From: Steroidobacteraceae bacterium
Lineage (GTDB): Bacteria; Pseudomonadota; Gammaproteobacteria; Steroidobacterales; Steroidobacteraceae
Length of the DNA: 50,701 bases
Direction: 5' to 3'
NCBI GenBank assembly: GCA_044871085.1
Contig: JBIOZI010000377.1
Span: 1 to 50,701 of the forward strand
The notes beneath the pieces are model-generated. The model did not search any database, was not told the DNA's origin, and saw nothing but the letters and a program-made list of their open reading frames with translations. The position numbers and the translations under genes were made by a program. Position 1 is the stretch's first letter. Every line of letters begins with the position of its first letter. This document shows, in pieces, positions 1 through 10,028 of this stretch.

Positions 1-426
1 GTTCACGCGGTACGGGCCGTATAGATAGACCGTGGCGCCTTCCCGGAGCGTTCGAGCGGCGCCCGCAAACAGTGCCTCGGTCGCCGACCACGGCGAGATG
101 TGGATCATGTTGATGCAGACCACGGCGTCGTAGCGGGCGGCCACGGGCCAGCGCGGCGCGTGCACGTCGAGCGCGACGGGCGCATCGACATTGGCGAGCC
201 CGGCTTCGCGGATGCGCGAGGAGATGGCCTCGCGGCCCGGAGCATCGGGCTCCGTGGGCTGCCAGCGCGTGCGCGGCAGCCGCGCGGCGAAGAAGCACAC
301 GTGCTGGCCCGAACCCGACGCGATCTCGAGCACGGCGGCCTGCGCCGGCAGCACGGATTCGAGCACCGTGAGGATGGGGTCTTTGTTCCGCTCGGCGGCG
401 GCGGAGAACAGCGGGGCGTCGGTCAC
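1..426 (-). CDS. DUF938-type class I SAM-dependent methyltransferase (3' end runs off the left window edge)
   Basis: Hand translation of the minus strand from GTG at 424-426 gives VTDAPLFSAAAERNKDPILTVLESVLPAQAAVLEIASGSGQHVCFFAARLPRTRWQPTEPD... The ERNKxPI and EIASGSGQH motifs are as I recall for DUF938. It is absent from the ORF track because it is open at the edge. Confidence 0.65.
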   Translation of the reverse strand, partial: MTDAPLFSAAAERNKDPILTVLESVLPAQAAVLEIASGSGQHVCFFAARLPRTRWQPTEPDAPGREAISSRIREAGLANVDAPVALDVHAPRWPVAARYDAVVCINMIHISPWSATEALFAGAARTLREGATVYLYGPYRVN

Positions 427-602
427 GACGGCGGGCGCTCGGCGCGGACGCGCCGCACGATGCTCCAGGCGAACAGCGAGATGACGCCTAACAAGATGCC
501 CATGAGCAGCGCCAGCCACCAGTGGAATCGCCAGGCCTCGACCAGGCCCCACGCGACCCCGATGGGAGTCATCGTCAAGAGCATGGGTTTGGCGATCTTC
601 AT
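423..602 (-). CDS. small (59 aa) two-helix membrane protein, hypothetical
   Basis: ATG at 600-602. Product is MKIAKPMLLTMTPIGVAWGLVEAWRFHWWLALLMGILLGVISLFAWSIVRRVRAERPPS, with high GC3. Its TGA overlaps the GTG of the downstream methyltransferase (GTGA). No clear SD. It is below the track length cutoff. Confidence 0.35.
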   Translation of the reverse strand: MKIAKPMLLTMTPIGVAWGLVEAWRFHWWLALLMGILLGVISLFAWSIVRRVRAERPPS

Positions 603-656
603 GGGAACAGAGGTGGTGCCTGGTCGGGATTCTCGGGATTGACTAAGGAGAAGTGG

Positions 657-776
657 TGGTACCGGGAAGGGTTTTACAAGGGTTGGAGCGGGCGCCGACC
701 ATTCAGCGGCACTGGCGCAATAGTGTCACTTCGCTCCCGGATCGATCCAACCCTGGCAAACGCCTTCCCGGTACCA
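657..776. repeat. 120-bp extended imperfect palindrome (structured element) between hslU and the small membrane ORF
   Basis: A perfect 14-bp outer stem (657-670 tggtaccgggaagg pairs with 763-776 ccttcccggtacca). A second perfect 9-bp stem (679-687 agggttgga with 746-754 tccaaccct). The 8-nt internal loops are partly pairable. An inner stem is 692-696 with 714-718. Confidence 0.6.
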
Positions 777-827
777 TTTCTTCCTGGCGGCACAATCCCG
801 AAAACCCCGACCAGGCACCACCCACCG

Positions 828-2156
828 TCACAGGATGTAGCGCGACAGATCCTCATCCTTCGCGAGGGCGCCGAGATGCTGCTCGACGTACGCGGCATCG
901 ATCTCGATGGCGGAGCCGCCTTTCTCGTTCGCATCGAACGACACGCTCTCGAGCAGGCGCTCCATGACGGTGTGCAAGCGCCGCGCGCCGATGTTCTCGG
1001 TCTTCTCGTTCACGCTGAACGCGATTTCGGCGATGCGCCGCACTCCGCTCGAGTCGAACTTCACGTCGACCTTCTCGGTGTCGAGCAGCGCCTTGTACTG
1101 CGTGGTCAGGGACGCGTCGGGCTCGGTGAGGATGCGCACGAAGTCTTCCACCTTCAGCGACTCGAGCTCCACGCGGATCGGAAAGCGGCCCTGCAGCTCG
1201 GGAATCAGGTCCGAGGGCTTGCTCATGTGGAACGCGCCCGAGGCGATGAACAGGATGTGATCCGTCTTGATCTGCCCGTACTTCGTGGACACGGTCGACC
1301 CTTCCACGAGCGGCAGCAGGTCGCGCTGCACGCCCTCGCGCGACACGTCCGCGCCGTAGCTCTCCTGCCGCCGCGCGACCTTGTCGATCTCGTCGATGAA
1401 CACGATGCCGTTCTGCTCGGCATTCATCAACGCGCGGGCGCGCAGCTCTTCCTCGTTCACGAGCTTGCCGGCCTCTTCCTCGACCAGCAGCTTCTGCGCT
1501 TCCTTCACTTTCATCTTGCGCGGCTTCGTGCGCTGTCCGCCGAGGTTGGCGAACATGCTCGTCAGCTGCTCCTGCATCTCTTCCATGCCCGGCGGCGCCA
1601 TGATCTGCACGCCGGGTGGGATGGCGCGCACGTCGATCTCGATCTCGCGCTCGTCGAGCTGCCCTTCGCGCAGCATCTTGCGGAATTTCTGCCGGGTCTC
1701 GGCGTCGCGCGGCGACTCCTCGGCATCGGTGGAAAAGCCCATCTTCTTCGGGCTCGGCAGCAGCGCGTCCAGCACGCGCTCCTCGGCCGAGTCCCTGGCG
1801 CGTTCGCGCACCTTGGAGATTTCCTCGTCGCGCGCCATCTTCACGGCGACCTCGGCCAGGTCCTTGACGATGGAGTCGACGTCGCGGCCCACGTAGCCCA
1901 CCTCGGTGAACTTGGTGGCCTCCACCTTGACGAACGGCGCGTTCGCGAGCTTCGCGAGACGGCGCGCGATCTCGGTCTTGCCGCAGCCCGTGGGGCCGAT
2001 CATGAGGATGTTCTTTGGCGTGATTTCCTGGCGCAGCGGCTCGCCGATCTGCATGCGGCGCCAGCGATTGCGCAGCGCGATGGCGACGGCGCGCTTGGCG
2101 TTGGCCTGGCCGACGATGTGTTTGTCGAGCTCGGAGACTATTTCGCGGGGAGTCAT
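828..2156 (-). CDS. hslU: ATP-dependent protease ATPase subunit HslU
   Basis: Track ORF 828..2465 trimmed to the internal ATG at 2154-2156 ([34 protein letters not shown]). Walker A is GPTGCGKT. The start lies 2 nt after the hslV stop. Confidence 0.95.
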   Translation of the reverse strand: MTPREIVSELDKHIVGQANAKRAVAIALRNRWRRMQIGEPLRQEITPKNILMIGPTGCGKTEIARRLAKLANAPFVKVEATKFTEVGYVGRDVDSIVKDLAEVAVKMARDEEISKVRERARDSAEERVLDALLPSPKKMGFSTDAEESPRDAETRQKFRKMLREGQLDEREIEIDVRAIPPGVQIMAPPGMEEMQEQLTSMFANLGGQRTKPRKMKVKEAQKLLVEEEAGKLVNEEELRARALMNAEQNGIVFIDEIDKVARRQESYGADVSREGVQRDLLPLVEGSTVSTKYGQIKTDHILFIASGAFHMSKPSDLIPELQGRFPIRVELESLKVEDFVRILTEPDASLTTQYKALLDTEKVDVKFDSSGVRRIAEIAFSVNEKTENIGARRLHTVMERLLESVSFDANEKGGSAIEIDAAYVEQHLGALAKDEDLSRYIL

Positions 2157-2158
2157 CT

Positions 2159-2710
2159 TTATTGCTGGCCTTTCAATTCTTCGATCACGAGGTTGCGATT
2201 CGTATAGATGCAGACGTCGGCGGCGATGTTCAGCGCCTTCTCCACGATGGCGCGCGCGTCGAGCGGGGTGTTCTCGGCCAGCGCGCGCGCCGCGCTCTGC
2301 GCGAACGGCCCACCCGAGCCGATGGCGACCAGGTCGTGCTCGGGCTCGATGACATCGCCGTTGCCGGAGATCACGAACAGGTTCTTCGTGTCGCCGACCA
2401 GCAGCAGTGCCTCGAGGCGGCGCAGGTAGCGGTCGCCACGCCAGTCTTTCGCGAGCTCGATGCACGCGCGCGTGAGATTGCCGAACTTCTCGAGCTTTCC
2501 TTCGAAGCGCTCGAACAGGGTGAAGGCGTCGGCGGTGCCGCCGGCGAAGCCGCCGAGCACCCTGCCATTGCCGAGAGGCCGCACCTTGCGCGCGTTGCCC
2601 TTCATCACCGTGTTGCCGAGCGTGACCTGCCCGTCGCCGCCGATGGCAACGGCGCCATTACGCCGCACGGCAAGGATGGTCGTGCCGTGCGGATTGAAAC
2701 TCTCCGACAT
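2159..2710 (-). CDS. hslV: ATP-dependent protease subunit HslV
   Basis: 183 aa, [44 protein letters not shown]. It has the N-terminal Thr nucleophile context and sits immediately upstream of hslU. Confidence 0.95.
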   Translation of the reverse strand: MSESFNPHGTTILAVRRNGAVAIGGDGQVTLGNTVMKGNARKVRPLGNGRVLGGFAGGTADAFTLFERFEGKLEKFGNLTRACIELAKDWRGDRYLRRLEALLLVGDTKNLFVISGNGDVIEPEHDLVAIGSGGPFAQSAARALAENTPLDARAIVEKALNIAADVCIYTNRNLVIEELKGQQ

Positions 2711-2716
2711 GTGAAC

Positions 2717-3613
2717 CTACGTTTTGCGTTTCGCCCGAGGGTGGGAAGCGTCGTAGGTGCGGGCCAGGTGGGCGAAATCAAGGTGCGTATAGATTTGCGT
2801 CGTGGAGATGTCGGCGTGGCCGAGCAGCTCCTGCACGCCGCGCAAATCTTTACTCGATTCAAGCAGATGCGTGGCGAATGAGTGCCGGAAGACGTGCGGA
2901 TGCACGTGGCTCGGCAGACCCTTGCGGCGCGCCCACATTGCGATGCGTAGCTGGATGGCGCGTGGGCCGACGCGCGCGCCGTTCTTGCCGACGAACAAGG
3001 CCTGGGCTGCGACCGCCGCGATGGTGGCGCGTTCTTTCAGCCAGGCGCGCAGCGCCTCGATGGCCTTGCGGCCCACGGGCAGGATGCGCGTCTTCGCGCC
3101 CTTGCCGGTGACGCGCACCGTGCGGTCGGCGAGATCCACGTGTGCGAGGTCGAGGCCCACCAGCTCCGCCAATCGCAGCCCCGAGGAATAGAACAGCTCC
3201 ATGATGGCCCGGTCGCGCACCGCGAGCGCATTTTCGGGCGGGATGTCGAGCAGGTGGTTGAGTTGGTCGACGTCGAGCGTGCCTGGCAGACGCTTCGCCG
3301 CCTTGGGCGCGCGCACGTCGACGGCCGGGTTGGCCGCGATGACCCGCTCGCGCACCAGGTAGTTGCAGAACCCGCGTACCGCCGACAGGCGGCGCTGCAC
3401 GCTGCGCGGATTCAGGCCCGCCGCGTGCGAACGCGCCGCGAACACGCGCACGTGCTGGCTGTCGACGCGTTTCCAGTCGGCGACGTTGCCCCGCTCGAGG
3501 AAGTCCGCGAGCGCGCGCAAGTCGCGCGCGTAGTTAGACGAGGTGTGCGGCGAGAGCCGCCGCTCTTTCGAGAGGTGCGCCAGGTAGCCGTCGATCAGCG
3601 TGCGATCGGGCAT
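2717..3613 (-). CDS. xerC: tyrosine recombinase XerC
   Basis: 298 aa with the catalytic signature HVFRHSFATHLL...LLGHADISTTQIYTHL. The dapF-DUF484-xerC order matches the E. coli dapF-yigA-xerC synteny. Confidence 0.85.
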   Translation of the reverse strand: MPDRTLIDGYLAHLSKERRLSPHTSSNYARDLRALADFLERGNVADWKRVDSQHVRVFAARSHAAGLNPRSVQRRLSAVRGFCNYLVRERVIAANPAVDVRAPKAAKRLPGTLDVDQLNHLLDIPPENALAVRDRAIMELFYSSGLRLAELVGLDLAHVDLADRTVRVTGKGAKTRILPVGRKAIEALRAWLKERATIAAVAAQALFVGKNGARVGPRAIQLRIAMWARRKGLPSHVHPHVFRHSFATHLLESSKDLRGVQELLGHADISTTQIYTHLDFAHLARTYDASHPRAKRKT

Positions 3614-3652
3614 GACGGGTGAGGGGACAGACTTCCGTCTGTCCCCACTCGA

Positions 3653-4360
3653 CTACGGCCGCGAAAGGGCGTCGGTGATCAGCTCGCCCATGCGCTTCAG
3701 GAACTCCGTGCTCATGCCCGGGTGGAAGCGCTCGCGCTCCGCGCTGCCGAGCGCGAGCAGGCCGACGGAGCCGTGCTCGCCCAGCGGCACCAGCGCGACG
3801 GAGCCGATGCTCGGCGCCTCGGGACCGAACAGGAAGTCGCGCTGCGTGTCGCGCACCTGGCCGCAGCGCGGCTTGCCGGTGGCGAGCAGCGCTTCGAAGG
3901 TGCGCATGTTCGCGTCGTCGGACGCGACCGCGCGCAGGAAGGGCTCGTAGTTGGCGTTGCGCAGGCTCTCGAAGGGAGCGGTGAGCAGCAGCACGGAATG
4001 GAACGCGTCGAAGTCCTCGCGCAGGCTGGCCTCGAGCGCGCTCAGCGCGGTGAGCGCGGTGGGCGCGCGCATCAGGCGGCGCGTGAAGCGATGGATCTTG
4101 TCCGCGAGCTGATCGTTGGCGCGCGCGACGGCGACGAATTCCGCGAGACGACGGTCGGCGTCGGTCTTCTGCTCGCGCAGTACCTCGACCTGGCGCTCAA
4201 CCAGCGAGACGGTGGAGCCGGTGCGCATGTGCGGCAGCCGCATGCGCGCGAGCAGTGCCTGGTGGCGTTCGAAGAAATCCGCATTGAGCGACAGATAGCG
4301 CTCGATGCGCTCTTCATCCGTTTGCCCGGCGGCCAAACCACGTACGGTTTGCGTGCTCAT
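3653..4360 (-). CDS. DUF484 (YigA-like) family protein
   Basis: Contains ...FFERHQALLARMRLPHMRTGSTVSLVERQVEVLREQ...ARANDQL... and lies between dapF and xerC. I prefer the ATG at 4358-4360 (GGGGAG upstream) to the track GTG at 4372. Confidence 0.75.
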   Translation of the reverse strand: MSTQTVRGLAAGQTDEERIERYLSLNADFFERHQALLARMRLPHMRTGSTVSLVERQVEVLREQKTDADRRLAEFVAVARANDQLADKIHRFTRRLMRAPTALTALSALEASLREDFDAFHSVLLLTAPFESLRNANYEPFLRAVASDDANMRTFEALLATGKPRCGQVRDTQRDFLFGPEAPSIGSVALVPLGEHGSVGLLALGSAERERFHPGMSTEFLKRMGELITDALSRP

Positions 4361-4391
4361 CTCGTTGTTCACTCCCCTGAAGTCTCGTTGT

Positions 4392-5237
4392 CTAGAACTC
4401 GACTCGTCCGGTGAAAGATACAGCGGTCGGGCCTTTCATCCAAATGTGTTCGCCGGGGCCGGGAAAAGAAATTTCCAGCTTTCCGCCCGGTAGCTCGACC
4501 TCGACGACTGCATCGAGTCGTCCATGTCGTCTGCCTACCGCGACAGCGGCGCACGCGCCGGTGCCGCAGGCCATTGTCTCGCCGACGCCACGCTCGAAGA
4601 CGCGCAGACGAATCCTGGCGCGATCGACGATCTCCATGAACCCGACGTTCACGCGCTTGGGGAATCGCGGGTGCTTCTCGATCGCGGGCCCGAGACGGTC
4701 GACCGGCGCGCTCGCGACCGAATTGACGGTGAGCACGGCGTGTGGATTGCCCATCGACACCGCGCCGATCTCGACTTCGGTGCCCGCGACGGCGAGCGGA
4801 TAGACGTGCGCCTCCGCCGAAGCGTCGAACGGCAGCGACTTCGGATCGAAATTGGGCACTCCCATGTCGACCGAGATGAGGTTTGCGTCGTGCACGCGCG
4901 CGCGGATGGGCCCGGCGGGGCTGTCGAGCACGAATTCCTCCCCGGATTGGTCGGACGAGCCAATCCCGCCGCGGCGATGCAGGAATGCGGCGAGACAGCG
5001 CACGCCATTGCCGCATTGCTCCACCTCGCCGCCGTCGGCGTTGAAGATGCGGTAGAACACCTGCGTGCCGGCGCGTTTCGGCGGCTCGAGCACCAGCGCC
5101 TGGTCGAAACCAATCCCGGTATGACGTGCCGACAGCGCGCGCCACTGCGCAACCGTCGGCAATACCCCGTCGCGCGGCGCTTCGAACACGATGAAATCGT
5201 TCCCGAGTCCGTGCATCTTCGTGAAATCGAGCTGCAT
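4392..5237 (-). CDS. dapF: diaminopimelate epimerase
   Basis: Track ORF trimmed to MQLDFTKMHGLGNDFIVFEAP (ATG 5235-5237). Motifs GNDF, CGNG and ACGTGA are present. Confidence 0.9.
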   Translation of the reverse strand: MQLDFTKMHGLGNDFIVFEAPRDGVLPTVAQWRALSARHTGIGFDQALVLEPPKRAGTQVFYRIFNADGGEVEQCGNGVRCLAAFLHRRGGIGSSDQSGEEFVLDSPAGPIRARVHDANLISVDMGVPNFDPKSLPFDASAEAHVYPLAVAGTEVEIGAVSMGNPHAVLTVNSVASAPVDRLGPAIEKHPRFPKRVNVGFMEIVDRARIRLRVFERGVGETMACGTGACAAVAVGRRHGRLDAVVEVELPGGKLEISFPGPGEHIWMKGPTAVSFTGRVEF

Positions 5238-5274
5238 GGCACGAAGAATACCGTAGCCGTTACCATGGGGGGCG

Positions 5275-5874
5275 ATGCGCATCGTTCCCTGGTTAGTCGC
5301 GGCATTCCTGTTGTTCTGGTGCTGGCGCACGTTTACGCACCGTGACATCGCACACGGGCCGGGTGTGGTCGCCGCCGCCGAACCCCGGCAGCAGAACCTG
5401 AGCGGCGACGGCTACATCGAGCATGGCGCGTACCGCCTGAAGCCGCGCGCAGATTTCAGCGCCACCGTGCGCATCCTGCGTCGCGAGGACTACACCTTCG
5501 ATGAGCTGTCGGACCTGGTGCCCACGGATTTCGCGGTCGGCTGGGGCCCGATGTCCGACAGCGCGGTGCTCGCCGACGTCGAGATCAGCCAGGGCAACCG
5601 GTTCTACTTCTGGCGCACGCAGCAGTGGCCCATCGACCGCTCCGACATCGAGTCGCATTCGGCGAACTGGCACGTCATCCCGGAAAACGACGCGGTGCGC
5701 GCGGCGCTCGACCGCCTGCGCGTCGGCAGCGTGGTGGAATTCCGCGGGCGGCTGGTCGATATCGAGGGCCGCAGCGGCGGGCGCACCACCTCGCTCACGC
5801 GCAACGACACCGGCGCGGGCGCCTGCGAGATACTGCTGGCTTCGGCCGCGCGAGTCGTGGAAACACGCAAATGA
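5275..5874 (+). CDS. hypothetical N-terminally membrane-anchored protein
   Basis: 199 aa starting MRIVPWLVAAFLLFWCW..., with high GC3. It is divergent from dapF. I recognise no family. Confidence 0.5.
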   Translation: MRIVPWLVAAFLLFWCWRTFTHRDIAHGPGVVAAAEPRQQNLSGDGYIEHGAYRLKPRADFSATVRILRREDYTFDELSDLVPTDFAVGWGPMSDSAVLADVEISQGNRFYFWRTQQWPIDRSDIESHSANWHVIPENDAVRAALDRLRVGSVVEFRGRLVDIEGRSGGRTTSLTRNDTGAGACEILLASAARVVETRK

Positions 5875-5916
5875 GCAATTTGGACTCACGCCAATGAGTT
5901 ATCCGGGACCGCACAG

Positions 5917-6468
5917 ATGGTGACCGTCGAGGCCTCGACCACCGGCGACGAATACCCGGTGTTTCGGCGCGCCGCTCCGGAGGAGGCGGGGCAGCTGGCG
6001 GAATTCGCCGCCCGTACGTTCTACGAATCCTTCGGCGCTGACAACAACGCCGACGACATGCATGCCCATCTCGCGGCCTCGTTCAGTCCGGAGCGCCAGC
6101 GTGCCGAGCTGGACGATCCCAACATCGACACGATGGTCGTCCACGACGAGCAGGGACGCTGGATGGCATTCGCGCAGTTGCGCAGCGGCAAGCTTTCGAA
6201 CGGTGTACCGGCAGAGCGCAGCATCGAGCTGTGGCGGTTCTATGTCGACAAGCCCTGGCACGGCGGCGGCATCGCGGGCCGGCTCATGGACAAGGTCAAG
6301 GAGCGCGCCCGCGGGCGTGGAGCGGCGCATCTGTGGCTGGGCGTCTGGGAGCGCAATGCGCGCGCGCTGGCGTTCTACCGCAAGCACGGCTTCGAGAAGG
6401 TCGGCAACCAGACGTTCGTCGTCGGCAGCGACCCGCAGACCGATGACGTGATGCTGCATCGGCTGTGA
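5917..6468 (+). CDS. GNAT family N-acetyltransferase
   Basis: 183 aa with an acetyl-CoA-binding-type segment WRFYVDKPWHGGGIAGRLMDKVKERARGRGAAHLWLGVWERNARALAFYRKHGF. Confidence 0.8.
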   Translation: MVTVEASTTGDEYPVFRRAAPEEAGQLAEFAARTFYESFGADNNADDMHAHLAASFSPERQRAELDDPNIDTMVVHDEQGRWMAFAQLRSGKLSNGVPAERSIELWRFYVDKPWHGGGIAGRLMDKVKERARGRGAAHLWLGVWERNARALAFYRKHGFEKVGNQTFVVGSDPQTDDVMLHRL

Positions 6469-6908
6469 GCGCGCCCAACGAACCTCGCGCGGGAAGCGCG
6501 CGCATCGAACGTTGCGCGGGCAACGCGCGCATTGACCATGTCGGCATGTGGGTCCGCGACCTCGACACAGTCGCAGCCTTCTACGCACAGTATTTCGGCG
6601 CCCGCGTCGGCGACCGCTACCAAAACCCGCGCAAGGGTTTCGCCTCGCGCTTCCTCGACTTCGGCGCGGGCGCGCGGCTCGAGCTCATGACGCGCGTGGA
6701 CGTGAACGCGGCCGCGCCGGCGGAGCAGCTGGGCCTCGCGCACCTGGCCATCGTCATCGGCACGGAGGCCGACGTGGATGCCATGGCAGCAAGGCTGCGC
6801 GCCGACGGTGTCGCCATCCTCGACGGTCCGCGGCGCACCGGCGACGGTTACTACGAATGCGTGGCGCGCGATCCGGAAGGCAACCGCGTCGAGATCGCCG
6901 CCGGTTAG
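6465..6908 (+). CDS. VOC (glyoxalase/bleomycin-resistance/dioxygenase) family protein
   Basis: IDHVGMWVRDLDTVAAFYAQYFGARV...GYYECVARDPEGNRVEI. The GTG at 6465 overlaps the GNAT stop (GTGA). The exact start is uncertain. Confidence 0.7.
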   Translation: MSAPNEPRAGSARIERCAGNARIDHVGMWVRDLDTVAAFYAQYFGARVGDRYQNPRKGFASRFLDFGAGARLELMTRVDVNAAAPAEQLGLAHLAIVIGTEADVDAMAARLRADGVAILDGPRRTGDGYYECVARDPEGNRVEIAAG

Positions 6909-6942
6909 ACTCTCTCATCCCCGCGACCCAGGAAGACACGCG

Positions 6943-9534
6943 ATGAAACTACTGTGGACGTTCTGCGCCCTGTTCGTGGTGCGCGGTTGTTTGTTGGGCA
7001 CGGTGGCCTCGGCCCAGGAGGGTCAAACGGAAGCGCAACCGTCCGCCTGGCCGGCGCTCACGCGCACGGCGAAACCATGGACGCGCTGGTGGAGGCCCGG
7101 CAGCGCGGTGGAGCGCGGCGAGCTCAGCCGCCAGCTCGAGCTGCTCGCGGCGGCCAATATCGGCGGCGTCGAGATCACCCCCATCTACGGCGCGCAGGGC
7201 GCCGAGAGCCGCTACCTCGATTTCCTCTCGCCGCGCTGGGTCGAGATGCTCGAGCACAGCGCGCGCGAAGCGGCCCGGCTCGATCTCGGCGTGGACATGG
7301 CCACCGGGACGGGCTGGCCGTTCGGCGGACCATGGGTGAGCGCCGGCGATGCGTCGAGCAACCTGCGGCTGGCGGACGGCAGGCTCGCGGGTGTGCCGAC
7401 GGTGATGAAAGTGAAGCGCGCGGCGCCGGGCGGCGAGGGCCTGGTGCTCGATCCTTATTCCACGGAGGCGCTGGGCCGGTACCTCGAGCCTTTCACGCGC
7501 GCATTCGCGACGCTGCCACGCGGCCTGCTGCGCGCCCAGTTCCACGATTCATTCGAGTACTACAACGCGGCCTGGACCTCATCGCTGCCCGCGGTGTTCG
7601 AGCAGCTCAATGGCTACGACATCCAGAAATTCGCCGCGGAGCTCGTGGGCGAGAAGCCCGTCGACGAGGACACGCTGTCGCGTTTGAAAGGCGACTACCG
7701 CCGCACGCTGGCGCGGCTGCACCTCGACTACGTGCGTCACTGGGTGGATTGGTCGCGTGCGCAAGGTTTCATCGCGCGCAACCAGGCGCATGGCGCGCCG
7801 GGCAACCTGCTCGATCTGTACGCGATCGCGGACATCCCGGAGACCGAATCCTTCGGCCAGACCGCGCTGTCCATCGCGGGCATGCGCGCCGATGCGGCCG
7901 GCTCGACCGTGGACCCGGACCCGCCACTCGGCCTGGTCGGGCGCTTCGCCTCCTCCGCCGCCCACGTGGCGGGGCGCGCGCTCGCCTCCAGCGAAACACT
8001 GACCTGGCTGCGCGAGAATTTCCGCGAGGCGCCGTGGCAGGCCAAGCCGCAGATCGACCGGCTGTTCGTCGGCGGCATCAACCACATCTTCTATCACGGC
8101 ATGACTTACACACCCGCGGACGCGGGCTGGCCGGGCTGGTTCTTCTACGCCGCGACGCAGATGGGGCCTAACAACCCACTGTGGCGGGATTTCGCGGCGA
8201 TGAACGGCTACGTGGCGCGCGTGCAGTCCGTGCTCCAGGCCGGCAGCCCCGACAACGAGCTGCTGCTCTACTGGCCCTTCGACGAGCTGTCCGACGACGC
8301 GAAAGGAATGATGCGCCAGTACGGTGTGCACCAGAACGAGTGGTTGAAGGACACGGCCTTCGCGCGCGTGGCGCTCGAGCTGCTCGCGGCGGGCTACTCG
8401 TTCGATTTCGTCTCCGACGCGCAGCTCGCCGCGCTCGAGTGGCGCGACGGCGCGCTGGTGGCGCCGGGCGGACGCTACCGCGCGGTGGTCGTGCCGCGCA
8501 CCTGGCGCATGGCGCCCGCCACGCTGCGCACGCTCCAGGCTCTGCTCGCGCGCGGCGCGCCGGTGCTGCTCGAGGCGCTGCCCGAGGATGTGCCGGGCCT
8601 GGGCTCGCTCGCCGGGCGGCGCGCGGAGCTCGCGGCGCTGCGCGCCGACGCCGGGCTGCGCAAGGCCGCCGTCGGGGACGTGCGCCCCGCGCTCGCCAGA
8701 CTTCCGCTGGCGCGCGAAGGCGCGGCCGCCGCCGGGCTGGGGTACGTCCGCCGCGGGCGCCCCGACGGACACGACTATTTCTTCGTGAACCTGACCGGCA
8801 AGCCGTTCGACGGCTGGTTGCAGCTCGGCACCGCGGCCGACGCCGCGATGCTGCTCGACCCGCTGTCGGGCCGGGCCGGCATGGCGGCCATCAGGCGCGG
8901 CGCGGGCCGCAACGCCCAGGTCTATCTACAGCTCGCGTCGGGCGAGTCGCTGCTGCTGCGCACGCAGCGGCCGCGCGCCCAGCAGCGGGCGGCGGCGCCG
9001 TGGCGTTACGTGGCGCGTGCCTCGACCGGCACCGAGCTGCGCGGCCCGTGGCGCGTGGAGTTCCTGCGCGGCGGGCCGGCGCTGCCGGCCGGCGCCGAGC
9101 TGGCCACGCTCGGTAGTTGGACCGGCCTGCCGGGCGAGCCGGCACAGAGCTTTGCCGGCACCGCGCGCTATCGCATCGAGTTCGACGCGCCGGCACCGGC
9201 CGGAGAGTGGCTGCTCGATCTCGGCGACGTGCGCGAGTCGGCGCTGGTGCGGCTCAACGGCCGCGACGTGGGCATGGCATGGAGCCTGCCGTTCGCCGTG
9301 CGCCTGGGAGGCCTGCAGCCGCGCGGCAACGTGCTCGAGATCGAGGTGACGAACCTGCCGGCGAACCGCGTGCGCGATCTCGACCGGCGCAAGGTGCAGT
9401 GGAAGATCATGCGCGACATCAACCTGGCGTCGCTGCGCTACGGAAAGCTCGACGCGTCGACCTGGGAGATCGCACCGTCCGGGCTGCTCGGGCCGGTGCG
9501 GCTGGTGCCGCTGGCGGGCGTCACGCCGCGGTAG
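6943..9534 (+). CDS. secreted glycoside-hydrolase-like protein (GH106 / jelly-roll glycosylhydrolase type; family not verified)
   Basis: Track ORF 6778..9534 trimmed to ATG 6943 (signal peptide MKLLWTFCALFVVRGCLLGTVASAQE). It has the N-terminal KPWTRWWRPG...IGGVEITPIY pattern and a C-terminal ...LVRLNGRDVGMAWSLPF...VTNLPANRVRD pattern that I associate with this family. Confidence 0.6.
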   Translation: MKLLWTFCALFVVRGCLLGTVASAQEGQTEAQPSAWPALTRTAKPWTRWWRPGSAVERGELSRQLELLAAANIGGVEITPIYGAQGAESRYLDFLSPRWVEMLEHSAREAARLDLGVDMATGTGWPFGGPWVSAGDASSNLRLADGRLAGVPTVMKVKRAAPGGEGLVLDPYSTEALGRYLEPFTRAFATLPRGLLRAQFHDSFEYYNAAWTSSLPAVFEQLNGYDIQKFAAELVGEKPVDEDTLSRLKGDYRRTLARLHLDYVRHWVDWSRAQGFIARNQAHGAPGNLLDLYAIADIPETESFGQTALSIAGMRADAAGSTVDPDPPLGLVGRFASSAAHVAGRALASSETLTWLRENFREAPWQAKPQIDRLFVGGINHIFYHGMTYTPADAGWPGWFFYAATQMGPNNPLWRDFAAMNGYVARVQSVLQAGSPDNELLLYWPFDELSDDAKGMMRQYGVHQNEWLKDTAFARVALELLAAGYSFDFVSDAQLAALEWRDGALVAPGGRYRAVVVPRTWRMAPATLRTLQALLARGAPVLLEALPEDVPGLGSLAGRRAELAALRADAGLRKAAVGDVRPALARLPLAREGAAAAGLGYVRRGRPDGHDYFFVNLTGKPFDGWLQLGTAADAAMLLDPLSGRAGMAAIRRGAGRNAQVYLQLASGESLLLRTQRPRAQQRAAAPWRYVARASTGTELRGPWRVEFLRGGPALPAGAELATLGSWTGLPGEPAQSFAGTARYRIEFDAPAPAGEWLLDLGDVRESALVRLNGRDVGMAWSLPFAVRLGGLQPRGNVLEIEVTNLPANRVRDLDRRKVQWKIMRDINLASLRYGKLDASTWEIAPSGLLGPVRLVPLAGVTPR

Positions 9535-9561
9535 TTGGGCCACGCTCGCCCGGTCCGCGGC

Positions 9562-9981
9562 TCACGCAAGCGTGGCGCGGTCGCGGAACATGCAGCGGTT
9601 CATGACGGTGAAGATGCCGGCGGCGCGTGCCTTCGCGGCCGCGGCCTCGTCGATGACGCCGTCCTGCAGCCACAGCGCCGGCACTTTCAGGCGGATGGCA
9701 TCGTCCACGATGGCTGCGACGTGCTCGGGACGCCGGAATACGTCGACCACGTCCACGGGCCCGGCGCCCTTCAGCGCGGACTCGAGATCCGGCCAGGATT
9801 TCTCGCCGAGGATCTCGGCCGCGGTCGGATTCACGGGCACGATGCGATAGCCAAACTTCTGCAGCGCCCGTGCCACGTTGTGGCTAGGCCGCCCCGGGGT
9901 CTCCGACAGGCCCAGGATGGCGATGGTGCGGATGCGTTTCAGGAGTGTGTCGATTTCCGCTTTTCCGGGATTCTCGAACAT
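9562..9981 (-). CDS. CoA-binding protein (YccU-like)
   Basis: 139 aa, ...RTIAILGLSETPGRPSHNVARALQKFGYRIVPVNP... Confidence 0.8.
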   Translation of the reverse strand: MFENPGKAEIDTLLKRIRTIAILGLSETPGRPSHNVARALQKFGYRIVPVNPTAAEILGEKSWPDLESALKGAGPVDVVDVFRRPEHVAAIVDDAIRLKVPALWLQDGVIDEAAAAKARAAGIFTVMNRCMFRDRATLA

Positions 9982-10028
9982 GATTTCGCCTCGCCTGTGC
10001 TAGCGTTCTCCCGTCATTGGGAGGGTCT

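Noticed and set aside
657-776. Tried to read the long palindrome as a known riboswitch, 6S RNA or MITE.
   Set aside because: It shows no match to any consensus I can recall, no target-site duplication at its ends and no second copy in the window. It is kept only as an unexplained structured element.
2717-3613. Tyrosine recombinase as a possible phage or island integrase.
   Set aside because: The dapF-DUF484-xerC synteny and a XerC-length product indicate the housekeeping dimer-resolution recombinase. No adjacent tRNA, att-like repeats or phage genes were seen.
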